This document shows, in pieces, positions 1 through 11,569 of a stretch of 64,000 nt of DNA. Both the position numbers and the translations under genes were made by a program. This DNA comes from Trypanosoma brucei (Eukaryota). The notes under the pieces were generated by a model, which saw only the letters and a program-made list of their open reading frames with translations, was not told the DNA's origin and did not search any database. The stretch lies in NCBI GenBank assembly GCA_000002445.1, contig CP000071.1:800001-864000 (forward strand), in the 5' to 3' direction. Positions within the stretch are counted from its first letter, which is position 1, and each line of letters starts with the position of its first letter.

Positions 1-857
1 GGTATTATTGTTCCCTGTAATTATTTACACACGAACAAACTTTAGTGGCACTAGGTGACACTTGCTTACTGCCAAAGGTACCCAATGGAATTAGACAGGG
101 TTGTTTGGATTTCAACCGGCGTAAGAAGGGGCGAACTGCCCGCCGTCAGTATGGTTGTTGATCGAAAATTTGCTCAGTTTTTACCTGATGTGAATTTAAA
201 CGCCTAGAAGGAAGGCGGTAGTAATTTCAAAACATACCAAAGATGTGGTCATGCGTGGTTGGTGTATGGTGGTGTATTAACTGATACTACAACTTATTGG
301 GCACCACGCTGACCCATGTGCAGGACCCAATTTGATGTCTTGAAGGGAAGTGTGTGGTGTACCTTCTATTGAAGAAGGTGTCCGGTTTTAAATACCCTTC
401 AAGTGTTTGAGGTAGTGAATAAGGTTTTGCGTGTACTGGAAGCACGCCGTGTTATGGCTATGGTCTTCTGACAGCGCAGTTTCGTAGTGCATTGGTGTTT
501 AGATTTGTCTGGCAGCATAGGAGAGGCGGTTTATTGTCCCTGCTCGATTTTTTTTTCCTTAGCGGCAACAACGAAATATGCCATGCAGTTAGGTACCCGA
601 CACTCGGTACTAAGTTCACAGCTTGAGAAGGTGAAAAGAGAGCGAAAATGATGGGTGTCCAACGCGTCAACAAGACGGACTCGAAACTTGAAAAGCTATC
701 TGTAGTGAGATGAGACGTCGAGAAACATCTCTTGATTATTGTTTACCACTACGTGCTGCATCAACTTGTATAATGGAGGGGCCCAGTATCATTGGGCTAT
801 GCTCCAGCAATTATCCGCTCACATGTGCATAAATGTCCCCCGTTCTTCTTCAGCGTT

Positions 858-884
858 CGCCTTTATTTTGATCCTGCTTATAGG
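858..884 (+). promoter_or_regulatory. Polypyrimidine tract plus AG dinucleotide (candidate trans-splice acceptor) immediately upstream of the conserved start of the first SET/MYND gene
   Basis: ttttgatcctgcttatag precedes atg at 889. Trypanosomatid mRNAs are trans-spliced at an AG downstream of a poly(Y) tract (established knowledge). Site usage is not verifiable from sequence alone. Confidence 0.4.
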
Positions 885-888
885 TATC

Positions 889-1998
889 ATGGACCCCTCT
901 CAAGAGGGAGCAGAATACCTTACTGCCGTATTCGCAAAACTGGGAGTTCCCTGCAGAGTTGCGAACACAGTAGAGAAGGGGAAACACATTTTAGCAACGG
1001 CCGATATGCCGGCACAGTATAGCGTCTTTGAGGAAGCTCCAGTTGTTTCTTGGCCCTCACAGGGGTATCTTACCCTTGGTGTTCCTTTCTGTCTGTTCTG
1101 TCTTCGCCAGAGAAACAACGCTGATATTGCGGATGAAGGTGAACATAACTGGAACAGTTGTGCTGGATGTGGCTCCTTATTTTGTTCCGAGAGCTGCCTC
1201 GCCTCTGCGGAAATGCCTCACAGGGTCCTATGCGGTGTGCTACAGGAACTTCGGAAGCGTGAATGCACTGATGGTTGTTGTAGGCCTATCACAAAGGAGT
1301 CCTTAGCCAACTGTGTGGCGTGGGTTGTGGGCCGTATCGCAGGGGCAATAAAACAGCGACAATTTAGTGGAAAGCTGCTTGAAGAAAATCACAGGGAAAA
1401 CGCCAATAGTATATCTAGGCAACTCTTTCATGTTGTGACCGCGCCTTTCAATCGCTTTCTTGACGCCCCAAAAAATGCTGAGTTCGCTGACGTGGACGCC
1501 AACTCTTGGTACGAAGAGATCGACAAGTTGTTGCGGGAGCCTTGTCGCGCGGTCCTTCTACAGTCCGCCGCTGCACCACCATCCATTGGAGCAGATTGGG
1601 CACTCGAGATCGTTGACGGGTTGTTGCGTCATGACACGCTCGAGAGGTTCCTTGGAATATTAACACTAAATTCGCAAGGGTTGAATGGTTTTGTTGCCGT
1701 GCCCGGTGCAGCTGGGGATATGGATTCTCCTTCCTTACCCATTACATGGGTGCTGAAGGGTGGAGGCATATATTCCTTGCAATCTGCATTTAATCACTCC
1801 TGCGTACCCAATGTCGCGGTGTTGGCAGAGGGTGGTACGCATGATATAACACTGCGTACGCTTCGCGCAATCAAGAATGGAGAGGAACTGACCATCACGT
1901 ATATACCCGTAGAGAACACTACGCGTGCTGAGCGGCAAATGAAATTGGAAGGATATTTCTTCACATGCCGGTGTCCTCTTTGTGAAGAGGAAGAGTGA
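889..1998 (+). CDS. SET and MYND domain protein (SMYD-like lysine methyltransferase). The ORF is open from 739, but the probable start is the Met at 889.
   Basis: MYND-type zinc finger CAGCGSLFCSESC. SET C-terminal core FNHSCVPN and ELTITYI. Cys-rich post-SET FFTCRCPLC. The ORF residues before 889 are hydrophobic and low-complexity, and a poly(Y)-AG sits at 861-883. Confidence 0.8.
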   Translation: MDPSQEGAEYLTAVFAKLGVPCRVANTVEKGKHILATADMPAQYSVFEEAPVVSWPSQGYLTLGVPFCLFCLRQRNNADIADEGEHNWNSCAGCGSLFCSESCLASAEMPHRVLCGVLQELRKRECTDGCCRPITKESLANCVAWVVGRIAGAIKQRQFSGKLLEENHRENANSISRQLFHVVTAPFNRFLDAPKNAEFADVDANSWYEEIDKLLREPCRAVLLQSAAAPPSIGADWALEIVDGLLRHDTLERFLGILTLNSQGLNGFVAVPGAAGDMDSPSLPITWVLKGGGIYSLQSAFNHSCVPNVAVLAEGGTHDITLRTLRAIKNGEELTITYIPVENTTRAERQMKLEGYFFTCRCPLCEEEE

Positions 1999-3323
1999 TT
2001 CGAACTCTGCTGGTTCAGCGACGGGGTGTTGCAGTGCCATCGCTTGCAACCCTTCTGTGCGGTTAAGCGACTATAAAGCAAGATCTGTATGTCCTCTGTG
2101 TTCTTTGAGCCGGCCCTACTTGGTATCAGAGGTGCCCAGACACGGCACAGATACTTTGAGGTTAGTAACTCGATCGACCTTGATCATTCTCCTTTTCCTA
2201 GCTTCTGGCAATAGGTCGTCCCTTCTATTACTATGGATGTGGCCGATCAGTCAGCCACACACAGTAAATGTTTTACAGGAAGATCTTCGTGTGTTTCATT
2301 CTGTGTCCAGGCTCCAAGTTTAAATTCACACCGAATCTGGCATCGTTTACATAAACAACTCGCTTTGATCGTCCTTTGCGTCTGAGAGGTTTGACAAATA
2401 CCTATTTGCTGCATTTTCGCAAGAATTGCTGCCGTCGCGAAGATGAAGTGCAGTATGCCACCGCCAGACAAGTAGCAGAAACTCTCTATGTAAAGGTTTG
2501 GGGAAGTTAGGGATCGGGTACCCCAATGGTGAATTTACTCTGTCGTATGACGGACGAAAAGTATTTCCCTTGCTGTTTCTCATTCGACCACTTTTCTGCT
2601 CGGGTTCACACCGTGGCCGTCGGGTCCCTCGGTAGTGCATTCGTCACAGGCATGTGTGGGTGCCTTTAAGACAGGCCGTTGCCCCCTCTATTCCATTTGC
2701 GATGAACGTGTCTCTCCGGTACCTCTAATCAAATTTAACGGTGTTCTAAACTGATCTACGTGGCCGGTGTACCGGTGGTTGCTCAACCGCTGATTGAAAT
2801 ATTTTTGCGCGTTTATGAACAACAGCAGCGAGGATCCAAAGCGCGCTGGAGACACATTTGTGCAGGAAGGGCTGGGCGCCGGAACCTGCTATATGAGGCT
2901 TTATGAAGCGTGTGGACAACTTTCTGGCTACTGGGCACGGAATTAAGGCAGTTGACAGCTGTGTGGTCCGGGACAATATACAAATCACCGAGTGCACTAC
3001 TCGTGTAATGTGCATTGCATGTCTGGGTTCGAGCATTGGCTCTGATTGTAGAGGATTCGCTTCGCAAAGCGGCAGCTGGTTATCCATTTAAATCTTTTTA
3101 TCATTAATCGTACCACGGTGGCTCCTATACGTCGCTACCTTCCTTGGTTACTGGGGTTTGCATGTGTGGTATTTGTTTTTCCTCGCTTAACTATTTCTTA
3201 CTTTTTTTTGTTTGAAATTCCTCTGAAGGGTAATTGTGGTATTTTGCGCGCTCTCATTTTTCACTTTTTTCGTACTTTTCGCATGGACGTTTCCCAATTT
3301 CATAACGACAGCTACTTTCTCGC

Positions 3324-4088
3324 TTGCTTCCTTACAACCCTAACAACTATGGGAATGTTTGCTTAAGAATGATCCGACTGCACCGCAACTTGGAGGGGCC
3401 GTTCCAGTGTCGTTGCTTCCGCCGTAGTGCTACAACTCACCGCGTTGGCACCGGAGGAAATGTAGAGGGAGTCGTGGCTTCTTCTTACTCGTCCCACGCC
3501 AGAGACATAACTGCCTCTCCCACAGTTCCGACGCTCTGTGGAGATCGAGGTCATGATGGAAACGAACCTGAAGAGCCAGGGGGCGGGAAAAGGCAGAGGC
3601 AGCCTGAGCACGGAGCGGCAGCCGCGTCGTCTGCCACGTACAAAACAACGCGTAAACGAACTGCGGAGATCAAGGTAAGGAAGCGCGCTCCTTGGGGCAT
3701 GCAGCAACTACGTGATTCGTGGAGCGTGGACGCCATGACAAAGGGAGACAGAGAAAATATGAGCGAGCGTATTCACAGGGAATATCGTTACCACCCGGAG
3801 GAGTTCCGCCGGAACCACATTAAGGTGGCAGCGCTGCTCACAATCCCCGCGCTTTTAATTGGTGCGTTTAGTGGCTATTTCTATCAGACGGGGCGGCCCC
3901 TGTGGGAGGCTGATCCACAATACCTGTTGAATATGATAAGGCAGATGGATGCTTCACCGCGCAGCACGCTTCATCCCTACAAACTTGAGGAAACAGAGGT
4001 GCTCCCCGCGCACGTGAAGGCATACAGGGAAAAGAATTGGGAAAAACGTCTTTTATTGGAGGGCTATCCCCTTGCCACCGAACGGTGA
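3324..4088 (+). CDS. Hypothetical protein with one predicted TM segment (VAALLTIPALLIGAFSGYF)
   Basis: 254-aa + strand ORF in the same orientation as its neighbours. The N-terminal third is Arg/Gly-rich and may be UTR. No recognisable domain. Confidence 0.4.
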   Translation: MLPYNPNNYGNVCLRMIRLHRNLEGPFQCRCFRRSATTHRVGTGGNVEGVVASSYSSHARDITASPTVPTLCGDRGHDGNEPEEPGGGKRQRQPEHGAAAASSATYKTTRKRTAEIKVRKRAPWGMQQLRDSWSVDAMTKGDRENMSERIHREYRYHPEEFRRNHIKVAALLTIPALLIGAFSGYFYQTGRPLWEADPQYLLNMIRQMDASPRSTLHPYKLEETEVLPAHVKAYREKNWEKRLLLEGYPLATER

Positions 4089-4369
4089 AGCGGTTGGAGA
4101 CGGAGACTGGAGAAACGGAGTGGACGCCCGTAGCCCGCGGGAGGTCGTTTTCAGCCTTTTTTACCGCCACACTGGCGCTTCCGTATGCATATCGTTGGCA
4201 TGTCCGTTGTACCCGTTACGCCTCAACGTTGCTTGAGCGTTGCTGCGAAACTGGATGTAATGGAACGTGTGTCTTAATAACATCATTGATGACATTTCCT
4301 TTCTCTCACCTCCGTTCTCTTCGCTGGAATGCATGTTTAGCCACCGGAGCACTTTTGTCAAAGTAGTCT

Positions 4370-6538
4370 TTGTACATACGTAATTTGGCAACAAAAATGG
4401 CCACTGTCACGGAGGCACCTTTAAAGTCACCGCAGGATAGATTGGTGGAGCGCGTGTGCTCATCGGAGGAAGACGACTCTGGCCGTTACGTCATTGCAAA
4501 AGATGACATCAGTCCCGGTGAAATTGTATTGCTAGCAGCACCTTATGCGGTAGCCCTCAACCCCAACGAGGCTGTGAGCGCAATGTATGTGGCGGCCAAC
4601 GTGGAGGAGTGGGAAGATGCCTCCATGGGAGAACTGGCAGGACGCCGGGTCGGCCAGAGGGTCAAGAAGAGCGGCAACATCCCAACGGATGGTGGTGAAT
4701 ACGTGGCGTTGAGCCCGTGCGTAACATTCTGCTCCTGCTGTCTGCGACGCATTCCAACAGGTACGCCTTTCCTCAATTGCGAAACAATCGAGGTCCTTTC
4801 CCACTTAATTGCTGTGGAGCACGTTGAGAGTGAAAATGCAAAGTGGGAAAAAGAACGAGAGTCTCACCAACGAACTGGCTCTGATGCCGGCGATGCAGCC
4901 GATCTCGGAGATAGGATGCACATCAAGAAGGAAAAGAAATTGCAGAAGCCTGCCAGGTCTGCTAAAATGCGGTCGAAGGGGTATTTATCGCTGAAGCAGA
5001 GGTTGCTAGAGGCCGCCACTGCCCAACGTGAGTCCGCCATGTACGAAGCTCAGAAATTTGGTGGTGCGCTGGGCGACAGCAGTAGGAATATATCGTGGCC
5101 GGAACGAGTTGTGGAAAAGCACGTTCTTGAAGAAGACCTGCTGGTGCGAGGTGCGTGTGGCTGTGCTGGTTGCGGCGTAGCTATTTACTGCTCAAAGTCC
5201 TGTTGGCAGAGTTTTAATGAATTACACCGCGCTACGGGTGCGTGCCGCGTTTTGCGCGACGTTTATTCACCGCTGATGAGGATATTCTTGTCACGTATTA
5301 CAAAGGGAAACAAGGGAGGGTCCGCCGAAATTTTTTGTATTGACTCATGGAGCCCAAAGCACTGGCTTCGACGAACAACCGATGAGAAAGCATGGGAGAT
5401 GCTGCAGCTGCTTCTTGCAGCCCTTCTGGTGGGAAGGTGCGCGAAGGAAGGGTATGCAAACAATATGAGGGAGGAAGAGAAAGAGAGACAACACCCAGCG
5501 GAGAATGTGGACGACTATTATAGTGAAGAAGAGGACAGAGTTTGGGGAACCATGGGCGATGAGGAGTCTGCATCACCAAGAGACTGTGACCACCTCCAGG
5601 TCTCGAACACTCCAACCACGGGGACGAAGATAGAGGAGGACGGAGGTAGGGATGTGTCAATTACCGTGAACTCTGCAATTCCCCGTGAAGCGGAGGTAAT
5701 CCGCTTGGTACGTTCACGGATGGGCACAGCGGTTGAAGTTTTGGACTCTAGGGTGAATGAATGCGGAAAATGCCCCCCTAGTGTGGGAAGGATCCCAATG
5801 TCGCTTTGCGTGTCCATTAAGGACCATATCGTGCTAGGTATACGTGCAGACGGTTCCGAAACACATGCAATTCAGTGTCCACAATGGCCTGAAGCTGCCG
5901 CTCTGGTTACAAACCTTTCCGTGTTAAGGAAAGAGTCTCGGTCAGTGTTCCGCAGGTACTACCGCCGGTTTTGCCTGTCTGTGCTCCCTTGGCTGAACTG
6001 CAGTGAGGGGACCGACGAGCCACTCAGTGTTTCTTCCAGCTTCTTTGACCGCTTGTGCGGTGCCGTGCAGTGTAACAACTTTGGTTTGTTTGACCCCAAG
6101 GAAGACTGTATCGGTGTTTCCGTCATCCCAGAGGCCTCGTACTTCAACCACAGTTGTTTGCCAAACTTATGTCGTGTCATGTGCGACGGTGGCATTGCTG
6201 CGTTCTATGCGTTGCGCGAAATCCGCAAGGGTGAACCCCTCACTATTTGTTATGTGGATGTGCAGGAAGTATCAACAGCAGAACGCCGGCGTACGCTTCT
6301 TACTTCCTATCGGTTTTTCTGCCAGTGTAAACGCTGCAATGGGAGTAGCGTGGTTGACGACAAGACGGATGCTGACGCGGCCAAGCTGAGGTTGTGTGGT
6401 GCGTGTGCTGCGCGTGGTTACCTACGACCACTCCCACCTACTGACGCTGCTATCCTTTGTCGTTGGACAATGGACAGCATAGCAACCGGAGAGTGTACCG
6501 TTTGTCACAATCGAGCACCGTGGGGGGGGACTTCCTAA
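4370..6538 (+). CDS. SET and MYND domain protein (second SMYD-like gene)
   Basis: N-SET GEIVLLAAPYAVAL. MYND finger CGCAGCGVAIYCSKSCWQSF. SET core SYFNHSCLPNL and GEPLTICY. Post-SET FFCQCKRCNG. 722-aa ORF. Confidence 0.85.
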   Translation: MYIRNLATKMATVTEAPLKSPQDRLVERVCSSEEDDSGRYVIAKDDISPGEIVLLAAPYAVALNPNEAVSAMYVAANVEEWEDASMGELAGRRVGQRVKKSGNIPTDGGEYVALSPCVTFCSCCLRRIPTGTPFLNCETIEVLSHLIAVEHVESENAKWEKERESHQRTGSDAGDAADLGDRMHIKKEKKLQKPARSAKMRSKGYLSLKQRLLEAATAQRESAMYEAQKFGGALGDSSRNISWPERVVEKHVLEEDLLVRGACGCAGCGVAIYCSKSCWQSFNELHRATGACRVLRDVYSPLMRIFLSRITKGNKGGSAEIFCIDSWSPKHWLRRTTDEKAWEMLQLLLAALLVGRCAKEGYANNMREEEKERQHPAENVDDYYSEEEDRVWGTMGDEESASPRDCDHLQVSNTPTTGTKIEEDGGRDVSITVNSAIPREAEVIRLVRSRMGTAVEVLDSRVNECGKCPPSVGRIPMSLCVSIKDHIVLGIRADGSETHAIQCPQWPEAAALVTNLSVLRKESRSVFRRYYRRFCLSVLPWLNCSEGTDEPLSVSSSFFDRLCGAVQCNNFGLFDPKEDCIGVSVIPEASYFNHSCLPNLCRVMCDGGIAAFYALREIRKGEPLTICYVDVQEVSTAERRRTLLTSYRFFCQCKRCNGSSVVDDKTDADAAKLRLCGACAARGYLRPLPPTDAAILCRWTMDSIATGECTVCHNRAPWGGTS

Positions 6539-6881
6539 CAAGTGAGACATTCACACTTTTCACGTTCCCTCCTTAAGAGCTTTCGCCACGGCCGTGCTTC
6601 GGCGTCTTCGTTCTTTTTTTTTTTTTGTTCAGTGTTTCAGTTACCTGTGGGTCTTGATGCCTGCTTAAGTAACGGTAATAAATGCGTTTAATTAGAATTA
6701 AGTTTCCAGAGTGGATGGTATTCCACTGATTCCACGCGCGAGCCAGCGCCGCTCCAAGGTTTTTTTTTGAACTCCAAAGTATACCACTTGCATTCTGCTA
6801 CACATTCATAAATGTGCGCTGTCGTTTTCGGCTACACACTTGGCGGGGGTTTAGGGGCAAGGTTAGTGGTCGCAAAAGATC

Positions 6882-8123
6882 ATGAAAACGGTAATCAGGG
6901 ACCCGTGCATTCAAAACGGCTGCCGTCGATTCGTTCTTATGCAGCATGGGTTATGGGCAGGAGCGTGGGACTTCAACGCCATTGCAGCAGAGTTGTATTG
7001 TCAGACTGGTTCACAGGATGGCAGGAGTCGAAGGGGGGGCGGTGGAACAGTCAACCAATTGGGAAACATCATGCCCTCCGACGTGGTTCGCACAAAGAGC
7101 AGCTGCGGAGGTTCTCTCTTCGCCCGGGGTAACCTCACCTGTTTTTCCTCTGGTGCCAATGCCCTTATAGGATCGCTTCGTAGCACCTCTGTTTGCGCCC
7201 ATAAGTTATTGCAGGAATTCCTGCCCGTCTTCACAGAGTGGCTGGATACTGTTGAGAATAACAGTGCGGAAAAGCTATCCTTTTCTTGCGTTGGCCACTC
7301 CTTCGGTGGTATCATTCTACGGGAGGCTTTGTACCTTCTGCTTGTTTCTGATGATGCCGGTGAGTACAGTGAAGGCCTCTTTGATTCTGTTAAAGCCGTA
7401 CGTGACCGCTTGGCGACGGCAGGTGTCGTCCTGCAGCACTTTGTTACTATTGCAACACCGCACTGTGGCGCGGCCGAATGTTTGCCGACTCTTGTGTATC
7501 GTGCCGCCTGGGGCATCGCCAAGCTGTTCGCGCCGTCCATAAGTGAAATTTTACTGAATGATGAAGAGGCGTTGCTGTCGGAAAGGCTTCTCGACAAAGG
7601 GCATATTGAAGCGCTGCGAATGTTTCACAAACGGATTCTGTTTGCTAACACACAAAAGGATGTGCTTGTGGGCTTCGCGACATCTTCTTTGATGTTTGAC
7701 GGTGTAGGAGAGGACAAAGTCCGAATTATTGGACGCCCCCAAAGCGATCTACCCTGCGCCCCGGAATTTGAAAATGATGAAGCAGCGTATTCGAGGGTGA
7801 TTCATCTAAAAAGGTTACGTGTAAACGGTGACCTTTCAGATCAAGGGGCTGATCAGGTTGGAGTCGGCAGTGGCGAAGAAAAAGCGAGGAGTCAGCGCCA
7901 TCAGCAAACGTTGCGAAGTCAGGGCACAGGTTCTTCGAAGGTGCATCGCAGCCCACGTGAAATTGCCGCCGTACTGCGTAGTGAGCTCGACTGGGACCTT
8001 ATTGCCCTTCGATACAACAACCCATTGCCCGTAGCCCATATTGCTTGCATAGGTTGGTGCCAGCAACTGGAACCTACGCCCGAACTTGTGCAGCGCATCG
8101 CTGCCGAAATACTGAATGCGTAA
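6882..8123 (+). CDS. Putative serine esterase/lipase of the DUF676 type
   Basis: GxSxG nucleophile elbow in FSCVGHSFGGIILREALY. The ORF length and context fit the DUF676 alpha/beta-hydrolase family. The upstream Met codons in the same frame make the exact start uncertain. Confidence 0.65.
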   Translation: MKTVIRDPCIQNGCRRFVLMQHGLWAGAWDFNAIAAELYCQTGSQDGRSRRGGGGTVNQLGNIMPSDVVRTKSSCGGSLFARGNLTCFSSGANALIGSLRSTSVCAHKLLQEFLPVFTEWLDTVENNSAEKLSFSCVGHSFGGIILREALYLLLVSDDAGEYSEGLFDSVKAVRDRLATAGVVLQHFVTIATPHCGAAECLPTLVYRAAWGIAKLFAPSISEILLNDEEALLSERLLDKGHIEALRMFHKRILFANTQKDVLVGFATSSLMFDGVGEDKVRIIGRPQSDLPCAPEFENDEAAYSRVIHLKRLRVNGDLSDQGADQVGVGSGEEKARSQRHQQTLRSQGTGSSKVHRSPREIAAVLRSELDWDLIALRYNNPLPVAHIACIGWCQQLEPTPELVQRIAAEILNA

Positions 8124-8372
8124 CGTATACGTTAGGGCATTGGGTACTACACTATGAACTATTTTGCATCGTATTTCTTGCACTCTCGTTTGGATGTTTT
8201 TCTGGTGAGCTGCAGAGCCCCGCCTTACACCGCCGCTGCCCCCCCCCTCTTCTTCTGAAAATGCGGCTTCTCGCACGCTGTTACTTTACCTCCTTGTTCC
8301 TCTTCCAACTGAATTTTTTTTTTTTGCGTGTGGGAGGAAGGGTGGTTGTTTCTTGCGAGGCCCGCCGAGTGA

Positions 8373-9521
8373 ATGCTTGGTGCTGTTCCTCCTATAGTAG
8401 TACTTCCGTCGAATCCAGCATACGAACTCCGTCCCGTCCCCGTTGTTTCCAGGAGCGTTGGCCTTTATGGTCCCCCACAGAATGAGACACACGGTAGCGA
8501 TAGAGGACCAGGTGCAGGACGATCCAACGTGTGGCGCGGGGACAATGTTTCAGTTCCGCCCTCAAATGCTACTAGTAGAACCAACGAAGTTGCTTTGCAT
8601 GAGGGACAAGAAAAAAGAACATCAGAAAGTGGCCCTCTAGAAGCGTTTCCAAATAATCACAGTCACTGCTTAGACAGGGTAACGGATAAGGAAGTGGACG
8701 TACTCCTTGACGTCCTAAGTGCACGCTACCAGAAGTACGTGGGGTTGAAGCAACGGAGTACCGAACGGTACCTGGCGCGTGTCGAGTCGCATGTGGACCG
8801 GTTTTTAAGGGAAAAATATAGAAGTGGTACTTCGCTATTTGCTGGCGGTGTGGCATCCTTCATAAAGAGTAAGCTTCCGAGTCCTTTTCACTCGCCGAAG
8901 CCAACGTTCAACAGCGAAAATGGAAAAGATACCCACCGGGAGTTCCCCACTGGTAGTGCCACTGATATTCATGCGAGTTCCGTCTCACGTTCCCTGCCTG
9001 CACTGGAACAGTGCTCGTATACGCCGCAGTGCATTCCCTTTAACTATTTGGATGTACGTCCGGAGAATATGGAGGCAATTGCTGCGAACCTTGCCGTGCT
9101 GCAACACTGCCTAGCTGAACGTGTCAGTCAAGGAAGTTCAGGACGAAAAGAACTTTTGGAGCCAATCATCCGCGATGTGTGGGAAAAAGAGCTGGACCCA
9201 CTTCTCCGTGAAGCCACAGAACTGCTTCGGGTGGCACAATGCAACGTATGGCCCCCGTTGGAATACTTTCTATCCCGTAACGTCGGAAGGGTCAGTGGTG
9301 AGCGACGGCTAAGGTACGATTGTGTCGTGAGAGGATTGCGGGGAGACTTGCATTATCTGGAGACCATCCGCAAGATGGAACACCTGGTGATCGATGGCCA
9401 GTCTAACGGAGCGGGCGAGGAGTCACTGGATTACGTTCCTGTGGGAGGTCTGGCGTTGTCGCGCCTGTACAGACTTGAGAATGAGCACCGAACAGTCTTG
9501 GAGTTTTGGCGGTCGCGATGA
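8373..9521 (+). CDS. Hypothetical protein
   Basis: 382-aa + strand ORF preceded by a poly(Y) tract at 8295-8330. No recognisable domain. Confidence 0.5.
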   Translation: MLGAVPPIVVLPSNPAYELRPVPVVSRSVGLYGPPQNETHGSDRGPGAGRSNVWRGDNVSVPPSNATSRTNEVALHEGQEKRTSESGPLEAFPNNHSHCLDRVTDKEVDVLLDVLSARYQKYVGLKQRSTERYLARVESHVDRFLREKYRSGTSLFAGGVASFIKSKLPSPFHSPKPTFNSENGKDTHREFPTGSATDIHASSVSRSLPALEQCSYTPQCIPFNYLDVRPENMEAIAANLAVLQHCLAERVSQGSSGRKELLEPIIRDVWEKELDPLLREATELLRVAQCNVWPPLEYFLSRNVGRVSGERRLRYDCVVRGLRGDLHYLETIRKMEHLVIDGQSNGAGEESLDYVPVGGLALSRLYRLENEHRTVLEFWRSR

Positions 9522-10552
9522 ACAGTTACTGAAGCGGTGCTCGACCGGGCATTTTTTCTCCTTCCCATTCCTCGTCTGTTGCTTTGAAGCATCGTGTGCC
9601 GCATTTAATGCTTGGTTTGCAACACTTGCTGTTGAAACGGGGACTCACGGCGCGATGGTGGCACCGCTGGCCGCTTCGGTGGTGGACGGCCTGGGCGAGT
9701 CTCACTACTCTTCAGCCGCTTGCCTGCGGGTACACATACCTTGAAGTGATCAGTTTCTGCCTTGGGCATCTTGTAGTGCTGGGTGCCACATACCTTCCCC
9801 CCTTGCTGACGCTGCGTTTCCTGGCGTGCTCCTTTACGCTCTCTCCCCATCACTGATCACTGGGAATAGGGTCGTCTTCATGCTTCTGGCCCACGAGTGT
9901 TGAAAGAGTTAGACGCACGAGGAAGCTAAACACTGGTAGGTAGAATTCAGCACAATTCATAGGGCAGGCGTGTCTCGTGTGACACATGAAGCGCTTCATA
10001 CAAAGCCGCCGTGTGTGGAACCTCATGGATATCAGGCGGCGGCCACCCGTACTCAACCGCCTACGCGGCGTGCTGCAGTTCGCCCAACAACCAGGTGCTC
10101 TTTCCAGACACCGTCAGGGTGGTGACTACAATTGTTCTATGCGCGTAAGTATCTACTCGCGCCCAGGAAAAGTGAGCAGGTTAAACAACGCAGATGCCAC
10201 ATGGCACAACCGCAGTAGAAAAGAAAAGCCGCCCGACTTTGATCCCTCGGCCTTCCGGCGACGGTACAGGGACTCGTGAGTTGAAACCTGTAGTCAAGAC
10301 TATCCACTTTCGTTTGAGCACTCCTTCACTTTTTGCTGCTCACTTATCCCAACACATGCACTGCACAAAGTTTCGCGCACATAAACTCTTTTAACCATTT
10401 ATCATCTCTCTGAAGAGAAGGCTTTAAATAGGTGGCATCGGTTTCAGAGTAATAAAAGTAATAAGGAGGGGGAAAAAAAAAAGAGAATACAGTAGCAATA
10501 AAATATTAACAAAACGCGCGCGTCAGCATTCGTATAGAGGAGGGTAAACGTC

Positions 10553-11569
10553 ATGTTCCGAAGGCTCACACAGTACACAGGAGTTGTAGGCGCTGTGCGC
10601 ACCATTGTTGTGTTCAGTCAACAGCACCACATACTGGAGAGCAATCAAAAAGCTCGGAGCAGCCCCAGCAACGTGTGGATCGAAGACTGGGAGGCTGAGA
10701 GCTATGGACTGACTCCAGAGCCTGGTGCCGTGTCCACGCAGCTGCTACTAGACAAGCCGCTCGAGCTATATAATTTCGATCAGCTCCTCTCTCCACCGGA
10801 GGTAATGGAGGCACCAAAGCACAGCAGTTACAGCTCCCGGAAGGTTTATGGTGAAAAGCTGCAATTCGAGCTCAATGATCGCGCTCAGAAGCATGGGTTC
10901 CACAGTAAGTGGTGGTTAACGAGAACGCAGGCTGTGAAGAACGCCCTCACGTTTAAAAACAACGCACGTAGCTCCATCATTCTCTCGAAGAGCTCACTCA
11001 GGTTGTACCACTCCAGTCAGTTGGTTGGCGGAGAAGCACTCATGACACATCCCGTATCAGGCGGCTCGAGGAAGCTCTACAGCAGGAAGGGAGATGCATA
11101 TCAGGTGCTGTGCGAACACATCCGTCAGAACGCCTTCAACAGCGGTCTCTACTTTACGAGACGGCAGCTGGAGTTCTTCAAGTTGGCGGTGCAGCCGAGT
11201 CAAGCACCTGTGATGATGGATGTCTCATCTGGGGAGCGGTTCCTCATCTTCAACGTGGAGCAACTCGAGGACCCCGAAGTGGCACTGAGGACTCTCGACC
11301 GCTCACCAGTGAGCATTCCGACCTTCCTTCTCTCAGGTGAACCGATGCAGCACGAAGGGGTAAAAAGGCTTCCCAGGTTTAAGAGCAATTACTGGCTAAG
11401 CGGGCGTGATGCTGAGCTGTACCAGTGGCCAATCAAAGAATCAGAGAAGAAGAGGGGAGTAACGCTAAAGAACGAGGGGAGTGCGTCGCTGCAGGTGGAG
11501 TTGTTTAACGTAGAACAGCTGGCAAACCCTGAAGAAGCATTCGCCAAGGCTGGACTCTTTGTCCAGTGA
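10553..11569 (+). CDS. Hypothetical protein, probably mitochondrial, paralog A of a reiterated-motif family
   Basis: The N-terminus MFRRLTQYTGVVGAVR resembles kinetoplastid mitochondrial presequences. Three internal copies of an L[YF]N[FV][DE]QL..PE motif (LYNFDQLLSPPEV, LIFNVEQLEDPEVA, LFNVEQLANPEEA). Also shares HGFHSKWWLTRTQAVKN-like and LYF..RQL blocks with the ORF at 13493. Confidence 0.7.
   Translation: MFRRLTQYTGVVGAVRTIVVFSQQHHILESNQKARSSPSNVWIEDWEAESYGLTPEPGAVSTQLLLDKPLELYNFDQLLSPPEVMEAPKHSSYSSRKVYGEKLQFELNDRAQKHGFHSKWWLTRTQAVKNALTFKNNARSSIILSKSSLRLYHSSQLVGGEALMTHPVSGGSRKLYSRKGDAYQVLCEHIRQNAFNSGLYFTRRQLEFFKLAVQPSQAPVMMDVSSGERFLIFNVEQLEDPEVALRTLDRSPVSIPTFLLSGEPMQHEGVKRLPRFKSNYWLSGRDAELYQWPIKESEKKRGVTLKNEGSASLQVELFNVEQLANPEEAFAKAGLFVQ

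Noticed and set aside
739-888. N-terminal 50 codons of the 419-aa ORF
   Set aside because: A poly(Y)-AG acceptor lies at 861-883. The residues are hydrophobic and low-complexity, unlike SMYD N-termini. The start was moved to the Met at 889.
7001-7597. 198-aa minus-strand ORF antisense to the DUF676 gene, and the similar antisense ORFs 41238..42038 (266 aa, antisense to XRN) and 22995..23516 (antisense to IP3R)
   Set aside because: They are antisense to genes with strong domain evidence. GC-rich coding regions commonly leave open antisense frames. They fit neither the + strand polycistronic orientation nor any recognisable motif.
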